The translations under genes were made by a program, and so were the position numbers. The notes below the pieces were generated by a model that worked only from the letters and a program-made list of their open reading frames with translations, made no database searches and was not told where the DNA came from. DNA of 64,000 nucleotides from Oikopleura dioica (lineage: Eukaryota > Animalia > Chordata): NCBI GenBank assembly GCA_907165135.1, contig OU015566.1, positions 930,001 to 994,000 of the forward strand. Reading direction: 5' to 3'. This document shows, in pieces, positions 1 to 16,491 of this stretch (positions within the stretch are counted from its first letter, which is position 1; every line of letters begins with the position of its first letter).

Positions 1-379
1 GAACAAAAAATTTGGTGTTCTTAAAAATTTCCATTTTTCAAACGAAGAAGGTGGGAAGTCGATGAAATTACTCAGATAAATCTCGAATGAATCACAAATT
101 GTTTATCCTTATCATACAGCCGTATTTGTCATTTAACCAATCAGGCCTTCGGCACTCTGGCGAATAATTTCGGGTTACCTTAACATTTTAAAAAGTATTT
201 GAATGAAATATGTAATAAGTACAATTATTTTCCTCTTTGACATTTTAGGTCCCAAATTTTCATGAAAATGGCCACAAAAATGGGCAAGAGTCTTCAAAAA
301 AATATTCCGCCGTAAAGGCTTAAATTTTTTTCTTCGATAAATGTCTCTTTTGAAAATGGCAAATTTAATCATCGGGCTG

Positions 380-655
380 TTAATGTGTGGGCTGCTAGGT
401 TTTAGAAAAAAATTGTAGGGACAAATGACGAGATCGAGCGTCAAAGTCGACCTGACTAAGTGTTTTTAGCTATTTTAAGTCGACATTTTCCGATTTTTGG
501 TCATTTTTGGCATTTTTTTGAAGATGATTTGATTCCAATGTGATTTTTACGCTAGAAATAGATTGTTCGAGAAAAATATTATTTTATTTCATAGACTAAC
601 TGTAAGTTAACGCCGAAAATTAATAATCATTACTTAATTCTTGACCACCACCCCC
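380..655. mobile_element. MITE copy, same family as 5006-5395; left end uncertain
   Basis: Shares gagcgtcaaagtcgacctg, ttttccgatttttggtcatttttgg, ctagaaata.attgttcgagaaaaa and the end gaccacca.cccc-TTAA (656-659) with 5150-5399. Confidence 0.6.
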
Positions 656-682
656 TTAAGATGAAGAAAATGTCCACAAAAT

Positions 683-2714
683 TTAGGTCCACAAAAGAGG
701 AAAAACAATATCTAGTATATTATTTGTGTCAGTTACTTTTATAATCTCCGAATGTATTTTTCGTTTATCGGATTTAGTAATAGGTTTGTAAAGAAGGCTC
801 CATGCTGTTTTCCAATCGCAAAATAGGAAAACATATATGCTGCTTATATGACCGTTTGGATCAGTTTCACTTCCCAAAAGTTTCTCTGACGATCGAGAAA
901 TAATTTGAGGACTATTACAAAATCCAGGGGTTCCCGCGACTAAAAAATAATCTTGACAAATAAACGGGAAATCAAAGACCTTACATAAGTACTCCTCTGA
1001 TCTATATTTGCTTCCTCTTCTTGCGTATCCCATCTCAAAATAACTTTCCCTTATAGTTCTGATTTCAACAAGTCCGAAGTCAATCCATTTTGGTTCATTT
1101 TTGAAAAGAAGTATATTTTCTAGTTTTTCGTCATAATGAAGCAATCCAGTCCGATAAAGATAAATATGTCCATTTGCAACGCCGTTTGCAATTTCGATCC
1201 TCTCCATTATTGATAAATCTTCATTTTTTAGCCTGGACCTTAGATCAGAATCGCATTTTTCCATGATTGTTATCCATCCAACACAATCATCATTTGAGTA
1301 AATTTCGACGTTAGAAAAATTTTTTATGACATTTTTATGATAAGGAATAACTTTTTCTTTATCCTTTTTCTTAGGAATATAAAGATCAGGCAAATCGTCT
1401 TTAAAGGATTGATCATCGTAAGCGTTATTTTATACTTATAAATTCTCTAAACAATATAAGTACGTTAATAAAACTTGACTCGTTTGAGAAACATCAGGTG
1501 CTGCTTATCGATTCAATAGATAAGCTCGCGAGGTAGAAAGATTATTCCGAGTTGAAAAGCAAAGTCGCAGCATTAGAAGAAGAGAGAATGAAATAATTAT
1601 TGCAAATGATTATTCTGATAATTTTTCTAGTTTACAAGAAAGTATTTCCGATAAGATATCAAACCCACTCAAAACTTGTTGATTCAAAAGGACCATCTTT
1701 AAAAGGATAAGGCTTCTCTGCCTCTTTCGCAATTTTGTAATCTATGTAAATTTGAAGACTAAATCGCATGAATTATTTACCTTTTGATAGATATGTGCGA
1801 AAAGAAAGCGTCTTATCTTTCTTTGAGAAGAGAGTTGTATCAAAAGTTTGAATTCGAATCGCAACCTCAAAGCGGGAGTTACTGAATAGCGCCGCCTTTT
1901 CAGCAGTTATGAAAGATTTTCGGCGTTACAATGAAGATTTTCTGTTTTTTATCAAAACTCATATTTAAGTTTATACATATACAGTAGAGAGTAGTTAATT
2001 GTCAAGAGTCGTAGTCTAAATTATCTTCAGATTTTGGCATAGATGAACACTTTATAAAGCACGTGACAGGCAAGAGGCCTTATCGCGCGCATTTTTCTGG
2101 AAGAAAACTCATGAGTTTGGCGTGGCCAAACTCACACCCTTGATCCGAATAATTTGTTTTGGTATGAATGTGTTTTACGAGACCCGGTTTGTACCGGACC
2201 GGGCAGTGCAGGGCTGCGCAAGGCGGCGATATTAAGTACCCCACTCAAGACCATCGATCTCCTGTTGAATAATAAGAGCTTCCCCACCAGCCGATATGAT
2301 TTTATCTTCCAATGCGTGATCCAATTCCCAATCTCCACTTTCTTCATTCAACTGACTACGTTGAATTTTTTTCCCTTCAAGATAACGGTTTTTCATGAGT
2401 ATATTTTTTTGAAACGGTGTGGCTCTCCATTCGAAAGATCTCCTTCTATATTGCTCAGTTTCTCTCGCTGAAACTTTTCCTATTCCATCTTTGAACGTAA
2501 CCTCTTCCCATAGAGCGAGAGTGTCATCGTCAAAAGTCATTCTTTCAACTGACAAAATCAATCTGTCCATATCATTTCTGCTCGTCGACCTTTTGATTTT
2601 CTCTAGAAAAGGATGAAGCCATCTCTCAATATTCTCCTTTGTCAATTCTTTTGGATGATTTTCGATAGAATATGGGTCGTAATCTTCACCGAAGAAATTT
2701 TTGAAATAACTCAT
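683..2714 (-). CDS. Protein kinase-like gene (lineage-expanded family), interrupted; possibly a pseudogene
   Basis: SAGGEALII (Gly loop) in 2232-2714, VAIRIQTFD at ~1865-1840, and GWITIMEKC, HYDEKLENILL, IDFG, AGTPGF in 683-1393. Segments 1871-2243 and ~1440-1700 lack clean canonical splice sites. Confidence 0.75.
1871..2243. mobile_element. Insertion with imperfect terminal inverted repeats inside the kinase coding sequence
   Basis: Left gggagttactgaatagcgccgcctt resembles the reverse complement of the right end, ggggtacttaatatcgccgcctt. CTCAA is repeated at 1866-1870 and 2244-2248. Removal joins GLE to VAIR in frame. Confidence 0.6.
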
Positions 2715-4464
2715 TTTTTAAAAACTCATCTATGAATCTCTAACGAAATCTTTGATGCTTTGCGCCGCTTCCTGAATTCAAAAGTCTTGAAAGATGACAA
2801 TTCAAATATAAGCATAATGAGTTTATGGCGTTTACAAACTTAATAGTCAACATATTCTCGACATGAAAAATGATTTTAAGTGTTTGTCAAGCCGAATTGA
2901 AATTTTACAAAATAGAGCATCTGTATATATTCGCATGTTTTATATATAATTGAAAACAGCAAGTCCGAAGAAACAGCTCATCTCGCCCAGGTGTGGCTTC
3001 TTCTTTGAAAAATTTATTGTTTCCTGTGAGCCATTTTGTTGAAATCCCTTTCGGTGCAAAATTGACCTTTTTATCTCGGAATTATCGTCCTTATCCTCGC
3101 TTCCCACATTTTTTCAGCACATTTCAAGACGATTTTCAGCAAGAAAAAAAGTTGATTTATGCTTGTTTTATTGATGATTATAAGTTGTAAATTATGATGC
3201 CAGCAGAGAAATGATCAAAGAGCACGAGTGATTAAGCGATTTATTATCTTAGCTCGTTTCTTTCATTCGACTTACATATTGAGAGAGAGAGGGAAAATGA
3301 GAAGCTGCTTCCGGACCGGAAAAAGGAGAAAGTAAGTGATGTTTTTCTTAGTTTGGTAAGCTGCCTTTTTGACGATGATTTTTCGTAATATGAGGCTTTT
3401 TTGAAAAAGGAAAAAGTACATGTAAGCAGGGGTACTCCTGCGGAGAGTGACTGTTTGCTGATAAGAGTTTTTCGCTTGCCTTTTGGCATTGACCATGGCA
3501 AGATTAACAACTCAAGAGTCTTTTCCATATGGTTCTGAGTGGGTCGCTGCCAACTTGCACGAATAGCGGAATTAATAAGCCAATAGAGAATTTCAGAAAA
3601 TCAGAAATATTCAATAAGGTAGGCCCTTTCCTGGCAGACATGGACTTTTTGGTTTCGGTTTGGTTTTCAACATTGAACAGAAAAATTAAAATCGCGACTT
3701 CAAAAGTGTTAAATATATTATGGTTGCCTGTTGTCTTCTGAGGTTTACAAGCGTTTTACCCTTGAAAAATACAGTATTGCGAATTTTCGTTTTCTTATCA
3801 GTTAATATCAGTTTTCTAAGGATTTTCGAAAAAATTTTACTTCAATTATCGATAAAAAAATTATTTCATAATTTAACTTATATATTTTTCAACAAAAAAA
3901 TTTTAATCAGCTAATTGCTGGAAAAATCAATAATTCATTTAAATTGAAGATATTCTTTATTTTATTCATTCAAAATTCAATTATGATAATTGAGGTTGAT
4001 AGGCATTGATATATTTTGAAAATGGAAATCATAGAAGAGAGAAAAATCGTGCCCAAATCGACCCTCTTCTTCCTCCCCACCTATTCCAGCGGGAAGTTTG
4101 AAAAGCTTCTCAAGTGAGCGAGCAAAGTGCAAATGCATCTCTTTAAATCATCGTCGTGTCCAACGTTGATGACGCTGCTCAGCGTGAGACGATGATAGGC
4201 CACAGCCCAAAGCGTTTTTCTTAATCCCCGAAGCCAGTTCAAAAGGTGCCAAGGCCACTTTTATTTCCAATCACCTGCCTCGAGATATCATGTACTTTTA
4301 TCAGCGACAAGATTTTTGATCAGCGAAAAAGAGAGAGAATAAAAATAAAAAGAAGCAAATATGACAAGTAGACCGACTTCCGCTAAAACAGGAAAAAGGG
4401 GATAACGCTTTAATTTCAATAAGCAAGGAAAAATGCTTGTCCTTTTTTCAAAAATAATATTTTC

Positions 4465-4600
4465 AAAAATTTGTCGACAAAATTTTTTGTCGCAAAAACT
4501 TCAAGAAATTTGTCGACAAATTTGTCGCAAAGATTTTGAAAAAATGTCGACAAATTTTTTGTCGCGAAATATTTCAAAATTTGTGGGCAAATTTTGTCTT
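4465..4600. repeat. Short degenerate tandem repeat (~35 bp unit) built on aaatttgtcgacaaa..tttgtcgc
   Basis: Three to four imperfect copies are visible directly. Confidence 0.55.
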
Positions 4601-5005
4601 AAAGACCTTTAATAATTTTTTCTTTGAATTGCCAATTATTCGATTCCCTTTGATAAGGCGGCCGGCCTCGCCCAAGCAGCGGAAAACACAAGTACTCTGA
4701 TGGGCGCCGGGACTCAGCCGAGTTCAACCTCGAGCGGCAGAGCGCCTCGCCCGTCGTTCGCTTTCACCAGATTCAAGACACTCGCAGAAAGCTCTCTAAG
4801 CCACTCGGGTCTAAAAATAGCCGCTCTATCAGATTCTAGCTTTAATTTCTATTTTTGACCTGTTGAAAGGATAAGAAATCAACCACTTTCTCAAGCAACA
4901 TTTTCGACATTGTCTTGAGCAACACCAAGCAGCCTGATCAAAAGACAATTGAGTACTTTCAGAATAGACCTAGTCTTGGATTTTGAACTCCTTTTTCAAT
5001 TTTAA

Positions 5006-5395
5006 GGGTGTCCATTCGGAAATTTGGCTTGCAATTTCGCTTTCCATTATAGTTAGGGTTAAGTTTTATAAATTATGGATTGAATTTTTTCTTTGGCTAA
5101 AAGTCGATTGTTCGGGCGCCTTGTTTTTAGAAAAAATTTCAAGTGAAAATGACCAAATCGAGCGTCAAAGTCGACCTGTAATCGCGTTATAACTAATAAT
5201 AACTTATTAGGTATTTTTAGTGGTCATTTTCCGATTTTTGGTCATTTTTGGTCTTATTTTTAAGCCGATTTGCTTCGAACATGATTTTGGCTCTAGAAAT
5301 AAATTGTTCGAGAAAAAAATATGTTATTTCATCGACTCACTGTAAGTCAACGCCAAGAATTGCAAATCATTTTATAATACTCGACCACCATCCCC
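5006..5395. mobile_element. TTAA-flanked GG..CC MITE (Kolobok-like ends)
   Basis: TTAA 5002-5005 then gggtgtcc; cccc then TTAA 5396-5399. A second copy lies at ~380-655. The TIR itself is weak. Confidence 0.6.
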
Positions 5396-6010
5396 TTAAA
5401 AATCAAAATCAACAAATAATTCTAGATATTATCGTTTCACTTAAAACTCGCCGTAGAAACAAGAATTGTGATAAAATCGTTAAAAATAAATAATTTTCAA
5501 TATTTAATTATCATGATAAAAATATGTCACTCCTACCTTTATCGTATTCCGACTCATAGCATAAGTAAATATATTTTCGAGGAGATAAAACCGATAAAAT
5601 AAGGGTGACCATTTTGTTCAAAGTGTTCAAGAATTTTTAATATCAGCAAACTTCATTTACTGTCAAAAATACTCTCTCTTCTATGATTTCAAAATCCATT
5701 TCCTCAGAACCGCGGATTCCCGACCGACATCCGCCAGTCGCCACTCCTCAGTCGGATCTGATGCGAGCATTAGGAATGATTAAAAAGAAAAACTATCAAA
5801 CTCGAATATATTGTCTTCAAACAGGAGACTGTCAGTGAGGCAATAATTTCTCCCTTTTGTCGGGAGAAGAAAGAAATAACGCGCCTCGTTTACGAATTAG
5901 CACATTTTGAAACTTCAATCAGAGTCAAATCAGAACTCAAAAATTGGCAAAAAATAATCTAAAAAAGCGGGAAACCAAAATACAGCTCTTATTTTGAATG
6001 CAAACGGGCC

Positions 6011-6684
6011 ATGGTCGAGCGCTCGGTTCTGAGCCCCACTCCGCGGCCGGGCTCGTCGATGAGCATCGCCAATTTGGCGAAATCGTCCATTTCGAGCGCG
6101 GATCAATATTACCGAAATTCTATTCAGTCGAACAGCTCTGGAATCAGCTCCACCAACGCGCAAGTTTATCATCAAGGAAATAATAAGAATACGAATATGC
6201 GATGCTGGCCTTTCAATAAAGACGTCAAGGAGCGGTCAAGACTTATAATAAGGTGAAGACATAAGGTGGTAGGTATCAAGAATCACAATTTGGCTACAGC
6301 TTTTTTGAAAATTTTTCGTAGTGACACCCTTATTTTTCTTCGGCAACTATAAATTTAGACCTTTGTTATCAAGTACTGAATCTAAGAATCTAAACATAAA
6401 ACAGATCGGATGTTTTAACTGTTCTTAATCTGCTGACATTTGACATTTGGATCTTGAAATTTTGTCGTTTCCTGGCCAGCTCGTCCGCGCTGAGCACACA
6501 GCGAGGCGTCGAATGCCCCGTTATAAAATTTCAAGAGCAGCCAATTTCAATAATCTCAGACGGCGCCCGATATTGCCATTTTACAAATCGTTGGAATCGA
6601 TCTCCGTCGTATCCGGGTCAAATTTTCTCCTTTTCAGAAGAATTTAGTTCAAAAAATGATGAACGCTGGAAAAAGAGCGACTAG
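6011..6684 (+). CDS. Hypothetical low-complexity Ser-rich protein exons (may instead be 5' exons of the PKG locus)
   Basis: ORF 6011-6256 ends at a gtgaag donor. An in-frame segment at ~6481-6615 and a last segment end at TAG 6684. No recognisable domain. Confidence 0.3.
6265..6370. mobile_element. Fragment of the 22933-23213 MITE family
   Basis: ggtggtaggtatcaagaatc...gtgacacccttatttttcttcggcaacta matches the reverse complement of ~23110-23213. Confidence 0.65.
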
Positions 6685-6822
6685 AATTGAGAGAATATGA
6701 AATCTTTGAGAAGAGCTAGTGGGTCGGTTTTTGATTTACTAAGAAGAGAAAGAAGAAGGATTGGATTTGAATTTACATTCGCTATTTTGGCCCCCAGCTG
6801 GGGTCGGGTTTTGGGGGTTAGA

Positions 6823-7271
6823 GTTGGGTTGGGTTGGGTTGGGTTGGGTTGGGTTGGGTTGGGTTGGGTTGGGTTGGGTTGGGTTGGGTTGGGTTGGGTT
6901 GGGTTGGGTTGGGTTGGGTTGGGTTGGGTTGGGTTGGGTTGGGTTGGGTTGGGTTGGGTTGGGTTGGGTTGGGTTGGGTTGGGTTGGGTTGGGTTGGGTT
7001 GGGTTGGGTTGGGTTGGGTTGGGTTAGAGTTGTTGGGTTGGGTTGGATTGGGTTGGGTTGGGTTGGGTTGGGTTGGGTTGGGTTGGGTTGGGTTGGGTTG
7101 GGTTGGGTTGGATTGGGTTGGGTTGGGTTGAGTTGGGTTGGGTTGGGTTGGGTTGGGTTGGGTTGGGTTGGGTTGAGTTGGGTTGGGTTGGGTTGGGTTG
7201 GGTTGGGTTGGTTGGGTTTGGTTGGGTTGGGTCGCGTTGGGTTGGGTTGGGTTGGGCTTGGTTTGGTTGGG
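6823..7271 (+). repeat. (GGGTT)n pentanucleotide microsatellite, ~450 bp
   Basis: Perfect for ~200 bp, then more degenerate. It restarts after a second gggttagagtt at ~7021. Confidence 0.98.
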
Positions 7272-7358
7272 TAAAAGGTAAATTCATCAATAATACAAGA
7301 TAATCCGCAAAAGAGAAGGAGTTAATTTTAACCCATCGGATCTTGACCGCATCAAAAG

Positions 7359-10611
<3,253 letters not shown>

Positions 10612-10870
10612 GCGTGATACTGTCACTTGTATATTGACCACTGTACATAACGGATAAACCCGAATAAATCCAAATTGAGAGATCTTGACATTGTGAGATT
10701 ATCGTTGTTTGATGTGTCAATTTTATTCTGCGTTAATCAAAATAAAGAAGCACGGGAGAAGCGATGAACCAAAGTTTATCTGTCTCGAAAGGTACACAGA
10801 TAGTTTGAAAAAGACAAACTTTTTGAAGTCGAAAATGAAAGTTGAACAGGCCAGATCGAACTTATGGAAA

Positions 10871-13298
10871 ATGAGAGACGAAGTTAAAGTCAAAATAAAA
10901 ATTGCACTTGCTGTATTTTGTAAGTTCTTTTCTTTTTCTTTTTTTTTGATATTTTTTCTTAGTTGGGTTGAGTGCCCTGAGCAGCACAATAACATCACCA
11001 ATTCTTTATGGCAAAAAGTCGGAAAGAGCTATTCGCAATTGCCCGTAAGTCTCTTATTATTGAAAAACTAATCATTATTAAAGTGACCAAGATCTCTATA
11101 ATGAGTGTTACTCCGTCTGCGTCAATAATTTTGGACAATGTAAGATTCTTTGCGAAGCGGAATATTGCTTATCGATTTGCTCAAGAGAGTTTGACAGTAT
11201 GAGTATTTTTTGGACAAAAATCTGACTGTATTAGATTGTAAGGATAGTTGCCCCTGTGGGGAAAAATGTTTGGACGGATGTGTTGATTGCGAAAATCCGA
11301 TCTGTTTGACAATCGAGTCGACAAATGCAGAACTATCAAAGACCACAAAGTTTGAGGCAACCACGAGCCCATCAAGTCTGTTTTCAAGTCAAGTTCATCT
11401 TACTCAAACGGAACCGATCACAATTACTGTTGGAGATGGATTAACAGTTGCACATTCAACAACTAAAACAGGAACAAGAACATTAACTACTACAGTGGAA
11501 AATCCCGGAAAACCCGATTCGACAGAAGCTCCTCCATCAACAAAACAAATTTTTATCACTCAAGTTCACACAATGGTTCCAGAAATTCCAGACGTTCTTG
11601 AGACAGAACAAACGGAAATATCGACTGAAAATCCTCTCAGTCCTTTGGTGTCAACTGCTAAAATTCCTTTTACGTCTCCGGAAAAAACAACCAGTACTGT
11701 CATTCCCGAAGAAGAAAAAACTGAAAAAGCAGAGACATCATCGACAGATCAAATTGTACCTCTTTCATCTACAACAGAACAACTTCTTCCGGTGACAACA
11801 ACTGCACATCATAAAACCCCACCGATTCCTACGACAAAGAGTACTTGTGAGCCGAAGCTTTGGTTTGTCCCTCACTACGAGGAGGATCTGCATTTTTACG
11901 CGATGGAGCGAATATGCAACTTTGAGGCACTCGAATTCGAAAATACTGTCGGTTATGTTTCATTTTTCAGAAATGAGACAGAATTTGAAGATTATCGAAG
12001 AATGACTCCTCTTCGTAAAGAATATTTGGGTACTTACAATTATTTTTTTCTATTATCTATTATTAAAAAGGTTACAAACAGAGAACAGGTGATAATGCTG
12101 TTTGGTTCAATGCTGACGGATCTCCAGCGACGTTTACGTATTGGGATGACTTTCTTTCCATGGAGCAGCCAGATAATGTTAATGAGATTTGCGTTCAAGC
12201 AGGTTATATTGATGGTATTTACTTCTCAGGTAGACGTTGGCATGATGTCGACTGTGAAAACACGGGCTACTGCGGAGATGCCCTCTTTAGCTGTCGACTT
12301 GAAACGATTTGTCCAGATTCGGAAGTCACTACAACGACAAAACAACCGACAACAACTGAAAATCCTTGCGATCAAAAACTTTGTTTGAATGGCGGATCCC
12401 CGCTTATCGATGGAGACAATTGCGAATGCAGCTGTCCTGATGGATATTCTGGTCAAGTCTGCCAAGAGACTCCATGTTTACCTGATCCCTGCAATCAACA
12501 TGGACAATGCCTAACAATCGGGTCAGATTATAAATGCAACTGTTATGGCGATATAACTGGTAAAAACTGTGAGATTTTACCGTGTGATGTCGATCGATGT
12601 TTAAATGGCGGAACTTGTCTCAATTTTGGGAATTATTTTGTTTGCACTTGCGTTTACGGATACTCTGGGGAAATATGTGAAATCGATATTTGTGATCCAA
12701 ATCCTTGCGATAATTCGGGAGTTTGCTCGATCGAAAATGGAGATTTTAAATGTAATTGTCCGAATGGTTTCACTGGCAAGAGTTGTGAGATAATATCGAC
12801 AACTCCTACAACAACAACTTTAATAACAACAACACCAACAACAACAACAACGACTCAGAAAGAAGATTTCAATTTGATGTTGGAAGGAAGAGGGATTGAA
12901 GAAGTGAGCATTTGGGTCGGCGACCAATTTTGTCTTGCTGCTTTGAAGAATCATCGAGGGGAGAAAATTAAATTTGTGAACATTAATAGAAAAAACAATG
13001 GTCATTTTACGGCCAGAATTCAAACCGTCGACCGACAAAATAATAAGCAATGGGCCTGGGTCCCTGGTGGTGGAGAAATGATTGAGTTGAAAAATAGCGG
13101 TACTACATGGAGAATGGTTCCGCATCCAAATAAAGTTTGCAAAATTGTTTGATTTTTTCGATAATCATTTTGTAGCCAAAAACTTATCAAATTCATGCAA
13201 ATGACAAATGGAGTATCGGAAACGGCTATGAGCGATTTGCTTTAAAAATTGGGTACAATTTATATGATGGCTACGATCTCTTAGTAGGAATCGATTAG
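10871..13298 (+). CDS. Secreted/membrane modular protein, copy 1: Cys-rich N-domain, Thr-rich linker, C-type-lectin-like domain, 4 EGF repeats, unknown C-terminal domain
   Basis: Hydrophobic leader IALAVFFGLSAL (spliced), CKDSCPCGEKCLDGCVDCENPIC, QPDN/WHDVDC lectin motifs, four 6-Cys EGF units. Start codon approximate. Confidence 0.85.
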
Positions 13299-13709
13299 AT
13301 ATGACATATGCTTCAGAAATTTAAATATATAATCATTATTTATATCGGAGAAAGCATCATACATTTCAAAACCGGAGTCGGAGAAAATGGAAGACGATAT
13401 TTGGCTTTGGACATTTCAATAATAAGTTCAGAATTTTCTATTTAGAAGGACGCTTATCAACAACTGTATTCACAGTCTTGTCAATACTCTTCAGTGATTT
13501 AAGTCATTATTTTATTACAAAGTCATTTACTTTTCCGAAAACAACTCGAAATTTCAGTAAATTTCAAATGGAACAGTGTTTTTCGTCATCTGTACAATTT
13601 TTATTTGTTTGTCAAGCATTGATTCAACTGATTTTGTGGCGGTCTGAATTCAGCGAACACATTTTATTTTAAAAGTTTTCAAATAAGCACAAGTCGTAAT
13701 TCTTCCTTA

Positions 13710-13850
13710 TTAAAGAAGACCGACTTGTTTGAAAGAAAGAGAAACAGGCTTGAGCTTTAGATTTTTGATTTGCTTCTCGAGGTCTTCCGAGTCGATGTCT
13801 GAAAGATCGTCCAAAGATTCGAAGGACTTATATTTTTTCATTTTGTAAAC
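13710..13850 (-). pseudogene. Orphan duplicate of the last exon of the 16492-19001 gene
   Basis: Translates KSFESLDDLSDIDSEDLEKQIKNLKLKPVSLSFKQVGLL*, versus KSCESLDDLSDIDSEDLEKQIKNLKLKPVSLSKKQVGLLL* at 16492-16630. Confidence 0.8.
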
Positions 13851-14189
13851 TCAACTCAGATCATGATATCTTTATAAAGATAAAAAACGAGAAATTCAAG
13901 TTTCTGAAATCAAGGCATCCTTGTGAATGACATTATCGACAGATGAGTTAAGAATCAAATTTACTTTCTGACAGTGATATTCCGGAATAATTACCATCTG
14001 TTATCCTGACAGTATCAAAATCTTTGTCAATTTGATAAAATCTCGGTACTGGTCGTTAATATGAATCAAAATTGTCTTTTAAACACATCCAAACGGGGGA
14101 AATGATCGATTTTTTGAAACGAATTGAGAGGAATAAACGAAAAATATGTTTTATATTTGGTAAGAGATAAGGTTAAATAAGCTGAATAA

Positions 14190-15999
14190 GTGGTCAAGAT
14201 CAGAAATTCGATAGTCTTTAAAAACCGGTGTCAAAATATTTCAGTTGGTCTTTCTTCTCTCTGCCTTATGATTACAATTCCGATCGTGTACAAGAATTCA
14301 AAAACAATTACGACAACTTCAACTTACACAGAGTCTTCTCTGTCAAGTATTCAAGACTCAACTTGTTTTACGACTTCAGTTCATTCTTTATCTACACCAA
14401 ATATCAGACCAACTCTTCTTACAAAATCTTTAAAAACGACACCCGAAACGACTTACACACCAGCAGATCAAACTGTTTCTCTTTCTTCAACAACAAAACA
14501 ACTTTTTCCAGAAACATCAACTGCAGATCAGATAAACACACCGATAACAATAACACAAACCTCTTGCGAGCCAAAGCTTTGGTTTGTCCCTCGATACGAT
14601 GAGAATCTTCATTTTTCCGCGATGGAACGAGAGTGCTTTTTGGAGGCACTTCAATTCGATGATACCGTCGGTTATGTGGCATTTTTCAGAAACGAGATAG
14701 AATTTGAAGATTATCGAAGAACGACTACTCTTCGTAAAGAATATTTGGGTATTTATTATAATCTATTTCTTAAATATATTATAAAATAGGTTATAAACAA
14801 AAAAGTGGTAATAATGATGTTTGGTTCAATGCTGACGGATCTCCAGCGACGTTTTTGTATTGGGATGACACTCCTTTTATGAAGCAACCAGACAATGTTA
14901 ATGAGATTTGCGCCCAAGCAGGCTTTACTGATGGTATTTATTTCTCAGGCAGACGTTGGCATGATGTCATTTGTGATAACAAGGGCTATTGCGGAGAAGC
15001 CCTTTTAAGCTGTCGACTTGAAACGATTTGTCCAGATTCGGAAGTCACTACAACGACAAAACAGCAAACTATCACTCATAATCAATCTCCGTGTTTTCCT
15101 GATCCCTGCAATCAAAACGGACAATGCCTTGTTATTGAGGAGGAATATAAGTGTAACTGTTTTGGGGATATAAGTGGTGAAAACTGTGAGTTTTTACCGT
15201 GTGATGTTGATCGATGTCTCAATGGCGGAACTTGTCTTAATCTCGGGAATTCTTATGTTTGCAATTGCATTGAAGGATACTATGGTCAAAACTGTGAAAT
15301 CAAATATTGTGATCCAAATCCTTGTCTTAATTCTGGCGTTTGCTCTTATGAAAATGGAAATATAATATGCGATTGTCAAAATGGTTTTACTGGCAAAAAT
15401 TGTGAATTATTGACAATAACAACAACAAAAGCTGGAACAACACAAACGACAACAATTACTACTTCAACAACGACTCAAAAAGAAGAGTTTAATTTGTTGT
15501 TAGAAGGAAGAGGGATTGAAGAAGTTAGTATTTGGGAAGGCAACCAATTTTGTCTCGCTGCTTTACAGAATAATCGAGGGGAAAAAATTAAATTCGTAGA
15601 GATGAATAAACAAGACAACGGTCATTTTACAGCGAAAATTGAAACCGTCGACCGTCAAAATAACAAGCAATGGGTCTGGGTTTATGATGCTGGAGAAATG
15701 ATTGAACTAGGAAATAACGGTACCATGTGGAGAATGGTTCCGCATCCAAATAAAGTTTGTGATATCTATCGTTATTGTCGATAATGATTTTGTAGCCAGA
15801 AACTTTTCAAATTCATGTGAATGACAAATGGAGTATCAAAGACGGCAATGAGCGATCCGCTTTAAAAATAAAATATAATACATTTGATGGCTACGATCTT
15901 TTGATAGGAATCGATAACATATGTTTAAAAAAGAAATCAAAATTATTGACGATTATTTATATCGAAAAAAGCATCATATATTTCAAAACCGGAATCTGA
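14190..15999 (+). CDS. C-type-lectin/EGF modular protein, copy 2 (3 EGF repeats, no Cys-rich N-domain)
   Basis: CEPKLWFVP, lectin-like, EGF and C-terminal regions are collinear with copy 1, with the same intron positions. Hydrophobic stretch SVGLSSLCLMITIPIVY near the start. Confidence 0.8.
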
Positions 16000-16078
16000 G
16001 AAAATGGAAGACGATATTTGGCTTTGGACTTTTCAATAATATGTTATATGTGACATATAATATATATGACATATAATA

Positions 16079-16219
16079 CCGCGGTTGGCATTTCTGACTG
16101 ACTAATTTTATTTTTCTAGATAGGTTACGAGGGCCTAGTAAGCACAAACGCCCTATGTTTTAGCGTTGCGAAATGTGCTAATGAAATATGCTTTAGTCAG
16201 TCAGAAATGCCAACCGCGG
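16079..16219. mobile_element. 141-bp MITE, 27-bp perfect TIR, TA TSD (Tc1/mariner-like)
   Basis: ccgcggttggcatttctgactgactaa at 16079-16105 and its reverse complement at 16193-16219; TA on both sides. Absent from the paralogous position after copy 1. Confidence 0.9.
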
Positions 16220-16491
16220 TATGTCATATGTTAAGAATTTGTCTTTATCAACAATACAGTATTTTTATTATTCTTCACAGATTACAATAAATTTTTTCTT
16301 AAAAATTTATTTATTTTTCCGAAAACAGTTTGAAATTCAAGCAAATTTCAAATAGAGCAGTGTTTTTCGTCATCTGTACAATTTTTATTAGTTAGTCAAG
16401 CATTGATTCAATTGATTTTGTGGCGGTCAAAATCAAGCGAATACGTTATCTTTCTATAAAAAGGCTTCAAATAAACAAAAGTCGTCATTTT

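Noticed and set aside
2930-4900. Several coding-looking fragments (e.g. 3244-3528 minus, 4070-4250 minus, 4650-4850 plus)
   Set aside because: No consistent exon chain or recognisable domain could be built by eye.
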